Part shown: positions 19,731-29,498 of the stretch, one piece after another
Numbering within the stretch: position 1 is the stretch's first letter
How the letters are laid out: each line of letters begins with the position of its first letter
Source: a virus
Direction: 5' to 3' (one strand)
Length of the DNA: 64,000 nt
IMG/VR virus record: IMGVR_UViG_3300028837_000875
Coordinates: 24,572-88,571 of that record
Notes under the pieces: model-generated
What the model was told of the DNA's origin: nothing
The model's input: only the letters and a program-made list of their open reading frames with translations
Databases searched by the model: none
Position numbers and translations under genes: made by a program

Positions 19731-21059
19731 GTGAGCAAAGAACGAAATGTATTTGAGGACTTTGAAATCAACATACACAATGAGCAGTTGATTCTTGCTT
19801 CTCTTATACAATCTAAAAAAATGAGAGAAAGAATCCTGACTCAAGTTGAAGCTTCAGAGTTCATTGGTACAAGGCATCGGAATATTTTTAAAGTGCTGCT
19901 CAAAATGGAAAAAGAGCAGTTGGATTTTAATGAGGATTCATTTATACAAGTTGCTGGAGAGTCAGATGTTGGAGGCATCAAATATCTACGGAAGCTTCTC
20001 CAGGCGTTTGAGAAAAATGCAAACGTTGATTATCATATCAAGCAGCTAAAGACGGACCGCTTGAAGTTCTTGCTGTTCAGTGGCCCAGTAAAACAATTGA
20101 TTGAAGCTCTCACAAGTAAAGATGTGGAACGCAGAGAATTGCTTCAGCTGACTAATCGAATCAACGATGAAGTACTAAAGAAAACAGAAGCTGAAAGAAT
20201 TCACACTGGAGAAGAAACAAGTAGACTATACTTAGAGGATTTCAGCGATAGAATGAGCACGGCTTTTACTGGAACTGGATTGCCAGAGCTTGACGAAAAA
20301 CTCACTGATGGTTTTCGTCCTGGCACAATCTCTGTAATATCCGGAAGGCCACAAATGGGCAAGACACTTTTTATGATAAATGTCGTATCTCACTTAATGA
20401 GAAAAAAGAAGATGCTCATTTGTGAAATAGAGCAAGGAACAATGATGCTAATTGATATGCTTGTTGCTCTGCATACTGGGATTAACCTTAGCAAATTAGT
20501 AAAGTTTCCTGAACGGCTAAGTGAGAATGAACAGAAGCGTATCAAACTCAAAGTTCGACAACTTTTGAGTAATGAAAATCTTTCTTTCCATGATGACCCT
20601 GAATTGACTCTTGATAGATTGGAAATGGAGTTAAAGAATAGACGTTATGATATTTGCTTCATAGATTTGTTTGGCAGATTAGCAGACGTTCAGCCAACTC
20701 CAGAAGGATTTACCAAGAAGCTTTATCAAGTCAAACGTATAGCTCGAATGACAGAAACTCATTTGTGTCTTGTGCATCAAATAAAAAGAGGCAGAGAAAA
20801 AGATAAGAAGATGCGGCCAACTCTTGAAGGACTTAAGGATTCTGGAACTTGGGAGGAAGCCGGAGATTTGATTATCGGATTACATAGAGAAAAATATTAC
20901 GCTCCAAAACTTACAAGAGATGTGGCAGAGGTATCTATTCTCAAGCAGAAGCGTGGAGTTTCAAATATAGTACTACCATATTTGTTTGATGGAAGCATCT
21001 GCGAGTTTGGAGAATATGTTAGAGATTATGTGCATGGGCGAGATTTAAGTTCGTTCTAA
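19731..21059 (+). CDS. dnaB: Replicative DNA helicase
   Basis: EQLILASL N-domain, GRPQMGKT, HQIKR, RPTLEGLKDSGTWEE, ILKQKRG. Confidence 0.9.
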   Translation: MSKERNVFEDFEINIHNEQLILASLIQSKKMRERILTQVEASEFIGTRHRNIFKVLLKMEKEQLDFNEDSFIQVAGESDVGGIKYLRKLLQAFEKNANVDYHIKQLKTDRLKFLLFSGPVKQLIEALTSKDVERRELLQLTNRINDEVLKKTEAERIHTGEETSRLYLEDFSDRMSTAFTGTGLPELDEKLTDGFRPGTISVISGRPQMGKTLFMINVVSHLMRKKKMLICEIEQGTMMLIDMLVALHTGINLSKLVKFPERLSENEQKRIKLKVRQLLSNENLSFHDDPELTLDRLEMELKNRRYDICFIDLFGRLADVQPTPEGFTKKLYQVKRIARMTETHLCLVHQIKRGREKDKKMRPTLEGLKDSGTWEEAGDLIIGLHREKYYAPKLTRDVAEVSILKQKRGVSNIVLPYLFDGSICEFGEYVRDYVHGRDLSSF

Positions 21060-21104
21060 ATTAAAATAGTTTGGAAGTGTAAAAAATGATAGATAGGCTT
21101 TAGT

Positions 21105-21701
21105 ATGGATAAGAAGTATTGGTACAATACGCCTACAGAGAAGTGGCATACTAAGATTTGTGAATTTTGTGGCAAAGAATTTCAATGTTATGATAAGCGA
21201 AGAAAGTTTTGCTCTCACAGATGTAGTGGTAAGAATTCAGGAAGAAAAAGAATGCTTCCAATTGTAGTTAAGAAATGTCCTGTGTGCGGCAAAAAATTTA
21301 GAACTTCAAAGAAAGAAAAGAGGCACGGTCACAATGCAGAGAAGCGTTGTTGTTCTATTTCATGCGGCACTGTTTTTGGAGCAAGAACGAGAGCACTAAG
21401 AAAGGCTAAAAGGAATGGCTGTGAACCAAAGTTGCCTATTCGTTCTTTTGGCAGAGCAGTTCTTGAACACACTGCTGTTGCTGAAAAGAAATTAGAGCGT
21501 AAGCTGAAGCGTTATGAAACAGTGCATCATATCAATCATAATCCAAAGGATAATAGCCCTGAAAATTTATGGGTGTATTCAAGTCAGCGTGCGCATCTTA
21601 GAAATGGACATTGGAACTTTCAAGCATTGATAGCTTCTTGTGTCGGAAAGAAAATTAAGATTGATTTTGTTGATGGCAAGTATATTGTGAAGGAATTCTA
21701 A
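21105..21701 (+). CDS. Free-standing HNH homing endonuclease with Zn ribbons
   Basis: VHHINHNPKDNSPENL; CxxC..FCSxxC repeats; inserted between dnaB and primase. Confidence 0.85.
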   Translation: MDKKYWYNTPTEKWHTKICEFCGKEFQCYDKRRKFCSHRCSGKNSGRKRMLPIVVKKCPVCGKKFRTSKKEKRHGHNAEKRCCSISCGTVFGARTRALRKAKRNGCEPKLPIRSFGRAVLEHTAVAEKKLERKLKRYETVHHINHNPKDNSPENLWVYSSQRAHLRNGHWNFQALIASCVGKKIKIDFVDGKYIVKEF

Positions 21702-22714
21702 TGCTCGATGAAATAAGATACAAGCGTGCAGTCAAGAGAGTAGATATACGAGATGTGCTACGGCATCTTGAATTGGATTTTGAGGAGATAGGTTCTGAGC
21801 TTCGCTTTCTCTGCATCAATCCTGAGCACAAAGAGTCCGTTGCTTCAAGCACGATAAACTTTAATCCTCTCTCGGATAAGTACACTTGGTTTTCATGCTT
21901 TGGCTGTGATTATTCTGGGACCTTGCCGAAGCTTGTCTCAATTGTGGCAGGCATCACTATTGCAGAAGCAAAGAAATTTATCATGGAGTTTGATTCTGGA
22001 AAAGTTCCGTTCAAGAAAAAGAATCAATATCATATTGAAGGCAAGAAACGAATTATCAGGCGCGTAAAAATAAAGCTGCCAGAAGAATTCAGGCTGATAG
22101 ATTTGAATGTACACAATTCCTATCTTCGCTATTTGCAAAGCCGTGGAGTTATTGAAGCTGATATAATCAAATATGGATGGGGCTTTTGCGCCAAAGGTCA
22201 TTATGCAAAGCGAGTCATCTTGCCAGTATACATGAAAGACAAGCTCGTCAATTTTTTTGCTCGACACATCTCGACAGAGAATAAAAAGCGCAAACATTTT
22301 AATGCTTGGTGCGCAGAAGTTGAGCGTGTGGTTTTTCCTTATGATGAAATTGATTTTGATTTGAAATACATCTGGGTTGTAGAGTCTGCTTTCAATTTGT
22401 TCAAAGCTAAAAGACTGAAGCTAAAGAATCTGGTATGCACATTTGGAAACAAGTTGACTGAATGGAAAGAGGAATTGTTCAGAAAATTTGAAGAGGTCAG
22501 ATTTATTCCTGACGGCGATAAGGGTGGCAGAGAATTTGTGAGGAAAACACGACGGCGATTGCCTGAAGAGATAAGAGTAAAATCAGTACACATGTATGAT
22601 GGTGAGGACGTAGCTTCAATTTCTTTGAGGCAATTGAAATTTGTTTTGAGAACGTTGCACGAAGTAAAGCGATTCGGCACATCTGTTCAAGTCGACTACT
22701 CAATTAAGAAGTAA
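21701..22714 (+). CDS. dnaG: DNA primase (CHC2-type zinc finger + TOPRIM)
   Basis: CINPEH...CFGC zinc finger; YLQSRG; VVES; PDGDKGG TOPRIM. Confidence 0.85.
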   Translation: MLDEIRYKRAVKRVDIRDVLRHLELDFEEIGSELRFLCINPEHKESVASSTINFNPLSDKYTWFSCFGCDYSGTLPKLVSIVAGITIAEAKKFIMEFDSGKVPFKKKNQYHIEGKKRIIRRVKIKLPEEFRLIDLNVHNSYLRYLQSRGVIEADIIKYGWGFCAKGHYAKRVILPVYMKDKLVNFFARHISTENKKRKHFNAWCAEVERVVFPYDEIDFDLKYIWVVESAFNLFKAKRLKLKNLVCTFGNKLTEWKEELFRKFEEVRFIPDGDKGGREFVRKTRRRLPEEIRVKSVHMYDGEDVASISLRQLKFVLRTLHEVKRFGTSVQVDYSIKK

Positions 22715-22990
22715 ACAGCACTCAAACTATATCAGCACATTCATATTTGTAACATGTACTCAAATGCACCGTCGCTCAAAGTAACGCTACAAAACTGACA
22801 CTTTGGCTATGCCAAAATGACATATCGTTTTCGAGTTCAAAACACCCTTCCTGGTAGCCAAACGTGGTTTTCAGCTTTTTTTGCTGATTTTGACTTGAAA
22901 CAATCTTGAAAATAAATGAAGTTTTTTAAGTTCAAGTATTATAAGAACTTAGGATAAGTAAGTGATACGCTTGTGCTGCACTTCACTTGA

Positions 22991-23036
22991 AAAAATAAAA
23001 GTTCAAGTTGACGGCCGCATCTTATTGATGTATCAT
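22991..23036 (+). promoter_or_regulatory. Sigma70/SigA-type early promoter
   Basis: TTGACG (23008-13), 17-nt spacer, TATCAT (23031-36); upstream AAAAATAAAA UP-like tract. Confidence 0.7.
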
Positions 23037-23088
23037 TCACTTGGAATGAGAAAGCAAGCGCAAAACTTGGAACAGAAGGAGGTCAGAA

Positions 23089-23163
23089 ATGAAGCTGGTC
23101 TTTGTGTTGACTTGGGTGGTTCTGATTATCGGAGTGCTGATTCTCGACGGACACATTTTTTGA
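23089..23163 (+). CDS. 24-aa hydrophobic peptide MKLVFVLTWVVLIIGVLILDGHIF
   Basis: AAGGAGGT SD; first ORF after the promoter; single TM. Confidence 0.55.
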   Translation: MKLVFVLTWVVLIIGVLILDGHIF

Positions 23164-23240
23164 AGGAGGACGCTACTGCATCTATTTATATGGAGTCAGG
23201 AGTTTTGAAGTCGTATCAATCTATTTTGAGGAGGTGTACT

Positions 23241-23543
23241 GTGGCCAGAAGTGAGAAGCATTTTTATTGCAAGATTTGGGCGACGGAAGATGATTTTCTT
23301 CAGAGCAAGTTTGTGCTCAGAAGTTTTTATGCTGAATCTCTCCGCGACATTCGTCAGCGTTTGATTTTTCTGAAAGCCGAGTGTCCATACGTGACGGACG
23401 TGAGTACAATTCTCATTCGAGATAGAAAGAGTACGACCACTCTTCGCGGTGGTACCGTTCAAGCTAATGTTGAAACAATGATGCGGGCAATCAAGACCGG
23501 CCAGCTGGCAGTTGCAATCAATCAGCTTGCACAGCTTGCATAA
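23241..23543 (+). CDS. Hypothetical early protein
   Basis: GAGGAGGT SD before GTG 23241. Confidence 0.5.
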   Translation: MARSEKHFYCKIWATEDDFLQSKFVLRSFYAESLRDIRQRLIFLKAECPYVTDVSTILIRDRKSTTTLRGGTVQANVETMMRAIKTGQLAVAINQLAQLA

Positions 23544-23571
23544 CCCATCTATTATTATCTGGAGGTGAATC

Positions 23572-24057
23572 ATGGAGAGAACAGCAATGGAAGCGAGAGC
23601 ACAAGCGAAATATCAAGCAAGCGTCAAGAGAGCAAGAGCATCATACGAAAAAGCTTGCGGCAAAATTCTTTTCAAGAATGCTTCTGATAGTGAGAAACGA
23701 AAAGCTTATGACAAAGCACAGGCAAGACTTGAAAGAGCATACAGTCTTGCTCGTGAAAGATTTGAAAAAGATTCATTTTTGGGAACGTTTGTTTGCAAAG
23801 CAGAGAAAAAAGAAAAAAGAGTCGAGCGAAGATTTCATGCGTGGGTTCAAGCGGACAGAATGTATCGCAGAAGATTCCACGGCAAACACGCTTCCTCAAA
23901 TGCAAAGAAATGGATGCGAAATAAAACTGCTCAACTCCAGCGAGACGGAAAGCATCCGAACGATGCTAAGGTATGTTGGGACCGCTACGAAGATGGTGTG
24001 TTCATTTGCACAGAAGTTTACACTCGCTTGGGTGCAGACTTTGATTGGGCTGAATAG
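23572..24057 (+). CDS. Hypothetical early protein
   Basis: GGAGGTG SD and ATG. Confidence 0.55.
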   Translation: MERTAMEARAQAKYQASVKRARASYEKACGKILFKNASDSEKRKAYDKAQARLERAYSLARERFEKDSFLGTFVCKAEKKEKRVERRFHAWVQADRMYRRRFHGKHASSNAKKWMRNKTAQLQRDGKHPNDAKVCWDRYEDGVFICTEVYTRLGADFDWAE

Positions 24058-24074
24058 ATAAAAGAGGTGCTCAA

Positions 24075-24335
24075 ATGAGATGTAAAGAATTTGAAGAACG
24101 AGCCAAGCTATCAAGAGCGCTCAAACTTTCTAATGACGTATGGTCAAGGCCGGCACAGGATATGCTGAGAATTTATGCCTTTGCAGGCTTTGATACAAAG
24201 AAGATTGTTCGGAAAGCAGTAGTGCTGGCATCGCCGAATGCGCTTAAAATAAATCTGCCTACAGTCGAGAAAGCTTGGGGCAAGTGTTACAGAAATGCTG
24301 GTGATGGAAATTACGCAGATATTTCCGAGTTTTAA
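24075..24335 (+). CDS. Hypothetical early protein
   Basis: GAGGTG SD. Confidence 0.5.
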   Translation: MRCKEFEERAKLSRALKLSNDVWSRPAQDMLRIYAFAGFDTKKIVRKAVVLASPNALKINLPTVEKAWGKCYRNAGDGNYADISEF

Positions 24336-24353
24336 TTTTGAGGAGGTGCTCGA

Positions 24354-24614
24354 ATGTTGAGACCAGAATTTACAGATTGCTATACAACGCCTCCGGGATA
24401 CCACGAGTACTGCGAGTTGTGTCAGCAGGCAGTTGAATGGTTCAAGGTACATCTTTATTTTTATTCGAGAGTCACGACGATTGGCTATCTCGTTAAGCTT
24501 TTTGGCATTGAGAAGGACGATGCTGCACAAGTGTATGAAAATGTCTGGAGCATCTTCGGTCCTGAAGGGGAGTTCAGCATCGAAGATGAAAACGAAAACG
24601 TAGCGGCCGCTTAA
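24354..24614 (+). CDS. Hypothetical early protein
   Basis: GAGGAGGTG SD. Confidence 0.5.
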   Translation: MLRPEFTDCYTTPPGYHEYCELCQQAVEWFKVHLYFYSRVTTIGYLVKLFGIEKDDAAQVYENVWSIFGPEGEFSIEDENENVAAA

Positions 24615-24633
24615 TTTTTTAAGGAGGTTTGAT

Positions 24634-24864
24634 ATGGCTGAGAAGAAAGCGAAAAGAGATAAGTGGACTTGCAGAACTTGTGGACACAAGTTCACTGCAA
24701 AAGACAAGAGAGATTTTAGTGATGGAATGAATGGAAGCTATTGCACACTTTGCGATACACTTGTATGTCAAGACTGCCTCGATAAATATCTTGAGTCTTG
24801 TGGCGAAGGCAAAGAGGAGCTTTGCGAATATTGCGGCAAGGATGGTTTTCATTCTCCTTGCTAA
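24634..24864 (+). CDS. Cys-rich zinc-binding protein
   Basis: Four CxxC pairs in 76 aa; AAGGAGG SD. Confidence 0.6.
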   Translation: MAEKKAKRDKWTCRTCGHKFTAKDKRDFSDGMNGSYCTLCDTLVCQDCLDKYLESCGEGKEELCEYCGKDGFHSPC

Positions 24865-24996
24865 TCTTAATTTGAATGGAGGTAAGAAATGAGTGCAGCG
24901 GAAAGAAAGCAGAAAGCATTGAACGCATACATCGCAGTTCAAGTTGAGAGAATGAGAAAGACAAACGGCAAGAGCAAAAAGGAAGCGAGGTAAAAT

Positions 24997-25275
24997 TTGA
25001 GAAAGTTCAAAACAATTGATGAAGCAAGAGCCGCAACATTCCTTGAGATAATTGAGGAAGCGCGGGAAGAAATCATCAAGCTCAATGACGAAAAGTTTTA
25101 TCTTCATGCTGAGCAAATGAAATCTCGGTACTTCGTCGTAGAATTGATGCTGGCAAAAATCGAGAAGCTGTTTTCAAAGAAAGAGGAGGAGAGCATAGAA
25201 GAAAGTTTTCACAGAGCTGTTATGATTCGAGACGAGCTGGATAAAATCGTACCAGCTTGCGGTCGTTTGAATTAA
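24997..25275 (+). CDS. Hypothetical early protein
   Basis: GAGG SD before TTG. Confidence 0.45.
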   Translation: MRKFKTIDEARAATFLEIIEEAREEIIKLNDEKFYLHAEQMKSRYFVVELMLAKIEKLFSKKEEESIEESFHRAVMIRDELDKIVPACGRLN

Positions 25276-25287
25276 GGAGGTGCAGGA

Positions 25288-25494
25288 ATGTTGTTCACGA
25301 CTTTTGCAGAAATGAAGAGCGGACTAATAAAGAGGGAGCTTCTTTCACTCAAGCGGAATAAGCTTCGTTCGGTTATGCTCAGAGCAACAGGCAAGAGACG
25401 CCACAACGAAACGAAGGAGGATATGGCAGCAATCATATTGAAGAACACAAACGCGCAGACTGTACGCCAGATACTCGCGCACACGACGATATAA
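25288..25494 (+). CDS. Hypothetical early protein
   Basis: AAGGAGGTG SD. Confidence 0.45.
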   Translation: MLFTTFAEMKSGLIKRELLSLKRNKLRSVMLRATGKRRHNETKEDMAAIILKNTNAQTVRQILAHTTI

Positions 25495-25559
25495 GAAAAG
25501 AGATTCAGAATGTCTGGACCAAATACTTTGATAGATAGATTAGAAAGGAGGTTTGCATA

Positions 25560-25970
25560 TTGCGTTATGGAATTGCTACATGGCACTACACAAGCAAGCA
25601 CTGGTACTGCCGCAGCTATACCAAGCGTGCAACTTGGAAGTTTGAATATTCAAAGCAAAGAGTTCAAGCTCCAGATGGAAAGATGCGCTTCAAAGCAACT
25701 CGCTGGAAAGAAACTAATACGCGAGGAAATAGAGTTGTGCAAGAACGTTTCTTTCAAGTCAAGTGGCGTGCAAGGGACTGGTGCTATAAGCAGTGGTGCA
25801 AGTATGAAGGGGAAACATTTGAGTCCCTTCATGTTGTTTCAGAAGGAAGGAGAAAAGCAGGACACAAACTTCTCAAAGTCAAGAAGCTTCGTACCGAAGG
25901 AATCAAAGCTGGCCTCAAGCCAGTTCGGAGACGCAAAATTCTCCGCAAGAAAAATCTCAAGGAGGAATAA
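25560..25970 (+). CDS. Hypothetical basic protein
   Basis: AAGGAGG SD; ends RRRKILRKK; abuts the next gene. Confidence 0.5.
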   Translation: MRYGIATWHYTSKHWYCRSYTKRATWKFEYSKQRVQAPDGKMRFKATRWKETNTRGNRVVQERFFQVKWRARDWCYKQWCKYEGETFESLHVVSEGRRKAGHKLLKVKKLRTEGIKAGLKPVRRRKILRKKNLKEE

Positions 25971-25972
25971 TA

Positions 25973-27022
25973 ATGGTTAAGTTGAATGCAGCATTGATTG
26001 ATGAAGTCAATGAGCTTTTTGAAAGAGGCGTCATCATTGACTTGGATATTTCCTGGTGGTCAGGACAGGCGAAATTGAGAGCAGAAGATTTGGGCATCCC
26101 GAAAGATGACATCAATCTTGATTTATTCTCGCTCGGTAGGAAGCGGTTCATATCTAAGAATTGGATTGGCCGCTTTCGCAAGTATGAGCAGAAGGGACGC
26201 GCCCTTGTTGACGAATATTCTTTCAGATTCAAGAGAGGTGCAAATTCATTTGTCCCGCTCGATGCTCTTCCGGCAATGCTTGAGAGATTGAATGACTGCA
26301 AAGAGAATTTCCTCAAGGTCGTCCAAGGCTTTGCTGAGCAGTATCCAATGATAAAGAGAAAGATGATTGTGGCCTGGGGCGAAGAGGTTCCGAAAATATA
26401 CAAGCGTCTGAAATCTTTCGGAGCAAAGGTCCCGAGTGTAGAAACATTCGAGAAACGTTTCATGGAAGCAGTCAAGAACTGGTATCCGAAGGACCCAACT
26501 ATTTTCTTCAGATACACTTGGTCGTTTCATGAACTGACTTTGCCTCGGCAGTTCAAAGAGAAAGAAGTCAAGCTGAAAAGAAAGCTCAAGAAAGCGGACC
26601 TTGAAAGAGCAAAGCAAAGAGCATTGATTCAGAAATATAATGATGGCTTGCAGAATCAAGTCAGCGATTTTCTTGAGTCAGTTGTTCGCCAGCTAAGAAG
26701 CTCAACTGTTGAGCTTGCAGAAAGAGTACGCAAGCAGATAACAGACGGAAGCGTTACTGATAACAGACTTGATAGGCTCCGTGAGTTCATCGACAAATTC
26801 ACGAAGCTCAACTTTATGAATGACCGCGAGGTTGAAGTTTCTCTTCAGGACCTTAAGAAAAATCTTGAGCATACAGCAGAGGAATACAAATCTAATGAGG
26901 AGCTTGAGTCTGCTCTTCGCGGTTCGCTCGGAAAAGTAATCAAGATTGCATCGAAGAATGGCGCGGCTGTTCTTGCTTCTGCTTTCAGCAGGAAGCGCAA
27001 AGTCGTCCGTCGCAAAAAGTAA
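25973..27022 (+). CDS. DUF3150-like protein
   Basis: LDISWWSGQAKLRAEDLG...SLGRKRFI N-terminal pattern recalled for DUF3150. Confidence 0.6.
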   Translation: MVKLNAALIDEVNELFERGVIIDLDISWWSGQAKLRAEDLGIPKDDINLDLFSLGRKRFISKNWIGRFRKYEQKGRALVDEYSFRFKRGANSFVPLDALPAMLERLNDCKENFLKVVQGFAEQYPMIKRKMIVAWGEEVPKIYKRLKSFGAKVPSVETFEKRFMEAVKNWYPKDPTIFFRYTWSFHELTLPRQFKEKEVKLKRKLKKADLERAKQRALIQKYNDGLQNQVSDFLESVVRQLRSSTVELAERVRKQITDGSVTDNRLDRLREFIDKFTKLNFMNDREVEVSLQDLKKNLEHTAEEYKSNEELESALRGSLGKVIKIASKNGAAVLASAFSRKRKVVRRKK

Positions 27023-27045
27023 TAAGAATTGAAAGGAGAATAGAG

Positions 27046-28593
27046 ATGGGATTTAAGACAGAAATTACCAGCCACATAGCAGCTGGCTACTCGATTCTAT
27101 ATGTGCAGAGCTATGAAGAACTCAGAGCACGCATCGTCCTTCGCGACGTTGCTGAAAAGCTCGAAAAGAAATTCTATCTTTGGTCGTCAACCATCGGCCT
27201 TTGCGCTGTAGAAGGCGACGAGCTTACAAAGATAGAAGAGACGCAAAGCCCAGAAGAATTGCTGAGTCATCTTTTCGAGAGCTTCACTGAAGAGATGGCA
27301 GTTATCGTGCTTTGCGATTTCCACGAGTTCATGGACGACCCAATGGCAAAGAGAGTCATTCGTGAACTTGGCTCTCGCTTCAAAGAGAAAGGAAACAACT
27401 TAATTTTTCTCTCGCCAATTATGAAGCTTCCTCAGGAGTTGAAGAAAGACGTGACGCTCGTTGAGTTTGACTTGCCAAACAAGGAAGAGCTTGCGAAAGT
27501 TGTTGAGGAAGTTGGCGAAGAAAACGAAGTTGAAATAAATAATGGACAGCTTGATAAAGTTCTTGAAGCTGTTCTTGGTTTGACTACGATAGAAGCGGAA
27601 AACGCTCTTGCTCTTTCAGTGTACAACCATAATGAATTCTCTCCTGCTGAGCTAATGAAAACCAAAGCAGCAACAATCAAGAAGTCAGGAATACTCGAGT
27701 ACTTCGAGTCTGATTTCACATTGGAAGATGTTGGCGGCTTTCCAGTGCTCAAGGAATGGCTGAGACTCAGAGAGCTTGCATTCACAAAGGAAGCAAGAGA
27801 ATACGGAATAGACCCGCCGAAAGGTGCGTTGCTTCTTGGCGTACCAGGCTGCGGCAAAACGCTGTTAGCGCGTGCGGTTGCCAATGCCTGGGGTATGCCA
27901 TTGCTCAAGCTCGACCTTGGCCGTGTATTCGGTTCGCTGGTAGGTCAGTCAGAAGAAAACATGAGAGCAGCGATTCAACTTGCGGAAGCAGTAGCCCCTT
28001 GCATTCTCTTTGTAGACGAAATCGAGAAAGGACTTGCAGGAGCCGGAGGCGGTGGCAAGCATGATTCAGGAGTCACGGATAGAGTGTTCGGCACATGGCT
28101 GTCCTGGATGCAAGATAAGAAGTCTCAAGTATTCGTCATTGCTACAGCGAATAATATTGAGGCTCTTCCTGCACCGCTGCTCAGAAAAGGAAGATTCGAT
28201 GAAATGTTTTTCGTCGACCTTCCAACAGAGGAAGAAAGAAAAGAGATATTCAATATTCATCTGAGCAAGCGCAACCGCAAGCCGAAAAACTTTGACTTAA
28301 ACGAGCTTGTCAGACAGACGGATAATTTCACTGGCTCTGAAATTGAGGAAGCAGTCAAGTCTGGGCTGTTCCATTCTTTCTCGGAAAATCGAGAGCTTGA
28401 GACAAAGGATATTGTTCGAGTCATTAGAGGAACGGTACCGCTAAGCAAAACAATGTCACTTCAGCTTGATGCTATTCGCAAGTGGGCTAAGGACAGAACG
28501 GTTAACGTCTCTTGCTCTGGTTCCGAAAAGAAGCTCTTGAAGAAAAAAGTTATTCGCAAAATCAAAGGCCGCGGTAACAGCTCACTCAATTAA
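27046..28593 (+). CDS. Ycf46-type AAA+ ATPase
   Basis: Degenerate N-terminal AAA (YVQSYEE.R, LCDFHEF); GVPGCGKT, FVDEIEK, LLRKGRFDE, PLSKTM...IRKWA. Confidence 0.85.
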   Translation: MGFKTEITSHIAAGYSILYVQSYEELRARIVLRDVAEKLEKKFYLWSSTIGLCAVEGDELTKIEETQSPEELLSHLFESFTEEMAVIVLCDFHEFMDDPMAKRVIRELGSRFKEKGNNLIFLSPIMKLPQELKKDVTLVEFDLPNKEELAKVVEEVGEENEVEINNGQLDKVLEAVLGLTTIEAENALALSVYNHNEFSPAELMKTKAATIKKSGILEYFESDFTLEDVGGFPVLKEWLRLRELAFTKEAREYGIDPPKGALLLGVPGCGKTLLARAVANAWGMPLLKLDLGRVFGSLVGQSEENMRAAIQLAEAVAPCILFVDEIEKGLAGAGGGGKHDSGVTDRVFGTWLSWMQDKKSQVFVIATANNIEALPAPLLRKGRFDEMFFVDLPTEEERKEIFNIHLSKRNRKPKNFDLNELVRQTDNFTGSEIEEAVKSGLFHSFSENRELETKDIVRVIRGTVPLSKTMSLQLDAIRKWAKDRTVNVSCSGSEKKLLKKKVIRKIKGRGNSSLN

Positions 28594-28616
28594 GATAATA
28601 GAAAGAGAGGTGACAA

Positions 28617-29012
28617 ATGTCACATTGGTCAACAGTTGAAACTGAATTCACAAATGAGCAAGGATTGATTGATGCTCTTAAGGAGATGCATCCAGAACAT
28701 GAAGTAGTCAAAGGTGGCAACGTGCGCGGCTACCAAGGGACGCAGAAAGCTGATATCGTCCTGAAGGGAAAGAACATGACGCGCAGTTCTGGATTTGATA
28801 TCGGATTCAAGAAGAATGCCAATGGAATGTACTCAGAAATTTCCGATTGGTATGGACTTGATTGGCTTGGAGATAAGTCAACGTTCCAAGATAGATTGAA
28901 ACAGAGCTATGCCAAGGCAGTCGTCAAAAGGCGTGCGAAGAAATTCGGCTGGACCATCAAAGAAAAGCAGCAAGAAGATGGAACAGTCAAACTCTCTCTG
29001 ACAAAATTCTAA
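28617..29012 (+). CDS. DUF1257 (Ycf35-like) protein
   Basis: MSHWSTVETEF...VRGYQG..ADIV...DIGF...LKQSYA. Confidence 0.75.
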   Translation: MSHWSTVETEFTNEQGLIDALKEMHPEHEVVKGGNVRGYQGTQKADIVLKGKNMTRSSGFDIGFKKNANGMYSEISDWYGLDWLGDKSTFQDRLKQSYAKAVVKRRAKKFGWTIKEKQQEDGTVKLSLTKF

Positions 29013-29027
29013 GAAAGGAAGTGAGCT

Positions 29028-29219
29028 GTGAGAATAAGAAAAGAAATCATCGTCACGATAGGAACAAAAGGCGAGACAAAGATTGAAGCCAAAGGTTTCA
29101 AAAACCGAGAGTGCTTGAGAGCGACTCAGCCGTTTGAGGAAGCTCTCGGTAAAATCTCCAACAGAAAAATGAAGAGACCAGTTGAGACTCAGAAGGAGAC
29201 GCAGAGCCTTGGAAACTAA
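29028..29219 (+). CDS. DUF2997 protein
   Basis: EIIVTIGTKGETKIEAKGFKNRECLRATQPFEEALG. Confidence 0.75.
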   Translation: MRIRKEIIVTIGTKGETKIEAKGFKNRECLRATQPFEEALGKISNRKMKRPVETQKETQSLGN

Positions 29220-29379
29220 AATAGAAATCATCATTGAATCAGACGGCAAAATTAAATCTTGGTGGTCACCAGAGTTCGAGGAACTCGTATCAGAAGTGGC
29301 TACTGAAAAAATAGAGAATAGAGAAGGGGGTCCCCAGCCAATCGGGGACCTGCCCTTCCATCCTGAATTTTGCGGATGA
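29182..29379 (+). CDS. Small protein ending in FCG (likely start TTG near 29209)
   Basis: Overlaps the DUF2997 stop; IEIIIESDGKI motif. Confidence 0.45.
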   Translation: MRLRRRRRALETKIEIIIESDGKIKSWWSPEFEELVSEVATEKIENREGGPQPIGDLPFHPEFCG

Positions 29380-29498
29380 AAGCTGGATATAGATAAATGA
29401 AGCTTCAAAAGCATTCAAGACACCGCCTCATACCCTGTAGGAGGCCGTCTAACGAAGCACCTAATGGTTCTATATGCTGGCTTTCAGGGAGGGAATAG

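Noticed and set aside
22962-23240. N-terminal extension of the 22962..23543 ORF
   Set aside because: It overlaps the promoter and the 24-aa peptide; the strong SD supports GTG 23241.
25510-25980. 156-aa alternative-frame ORF
   Set aside because: It overlaps 25560..25970, which has the SD and abuts the next gene.
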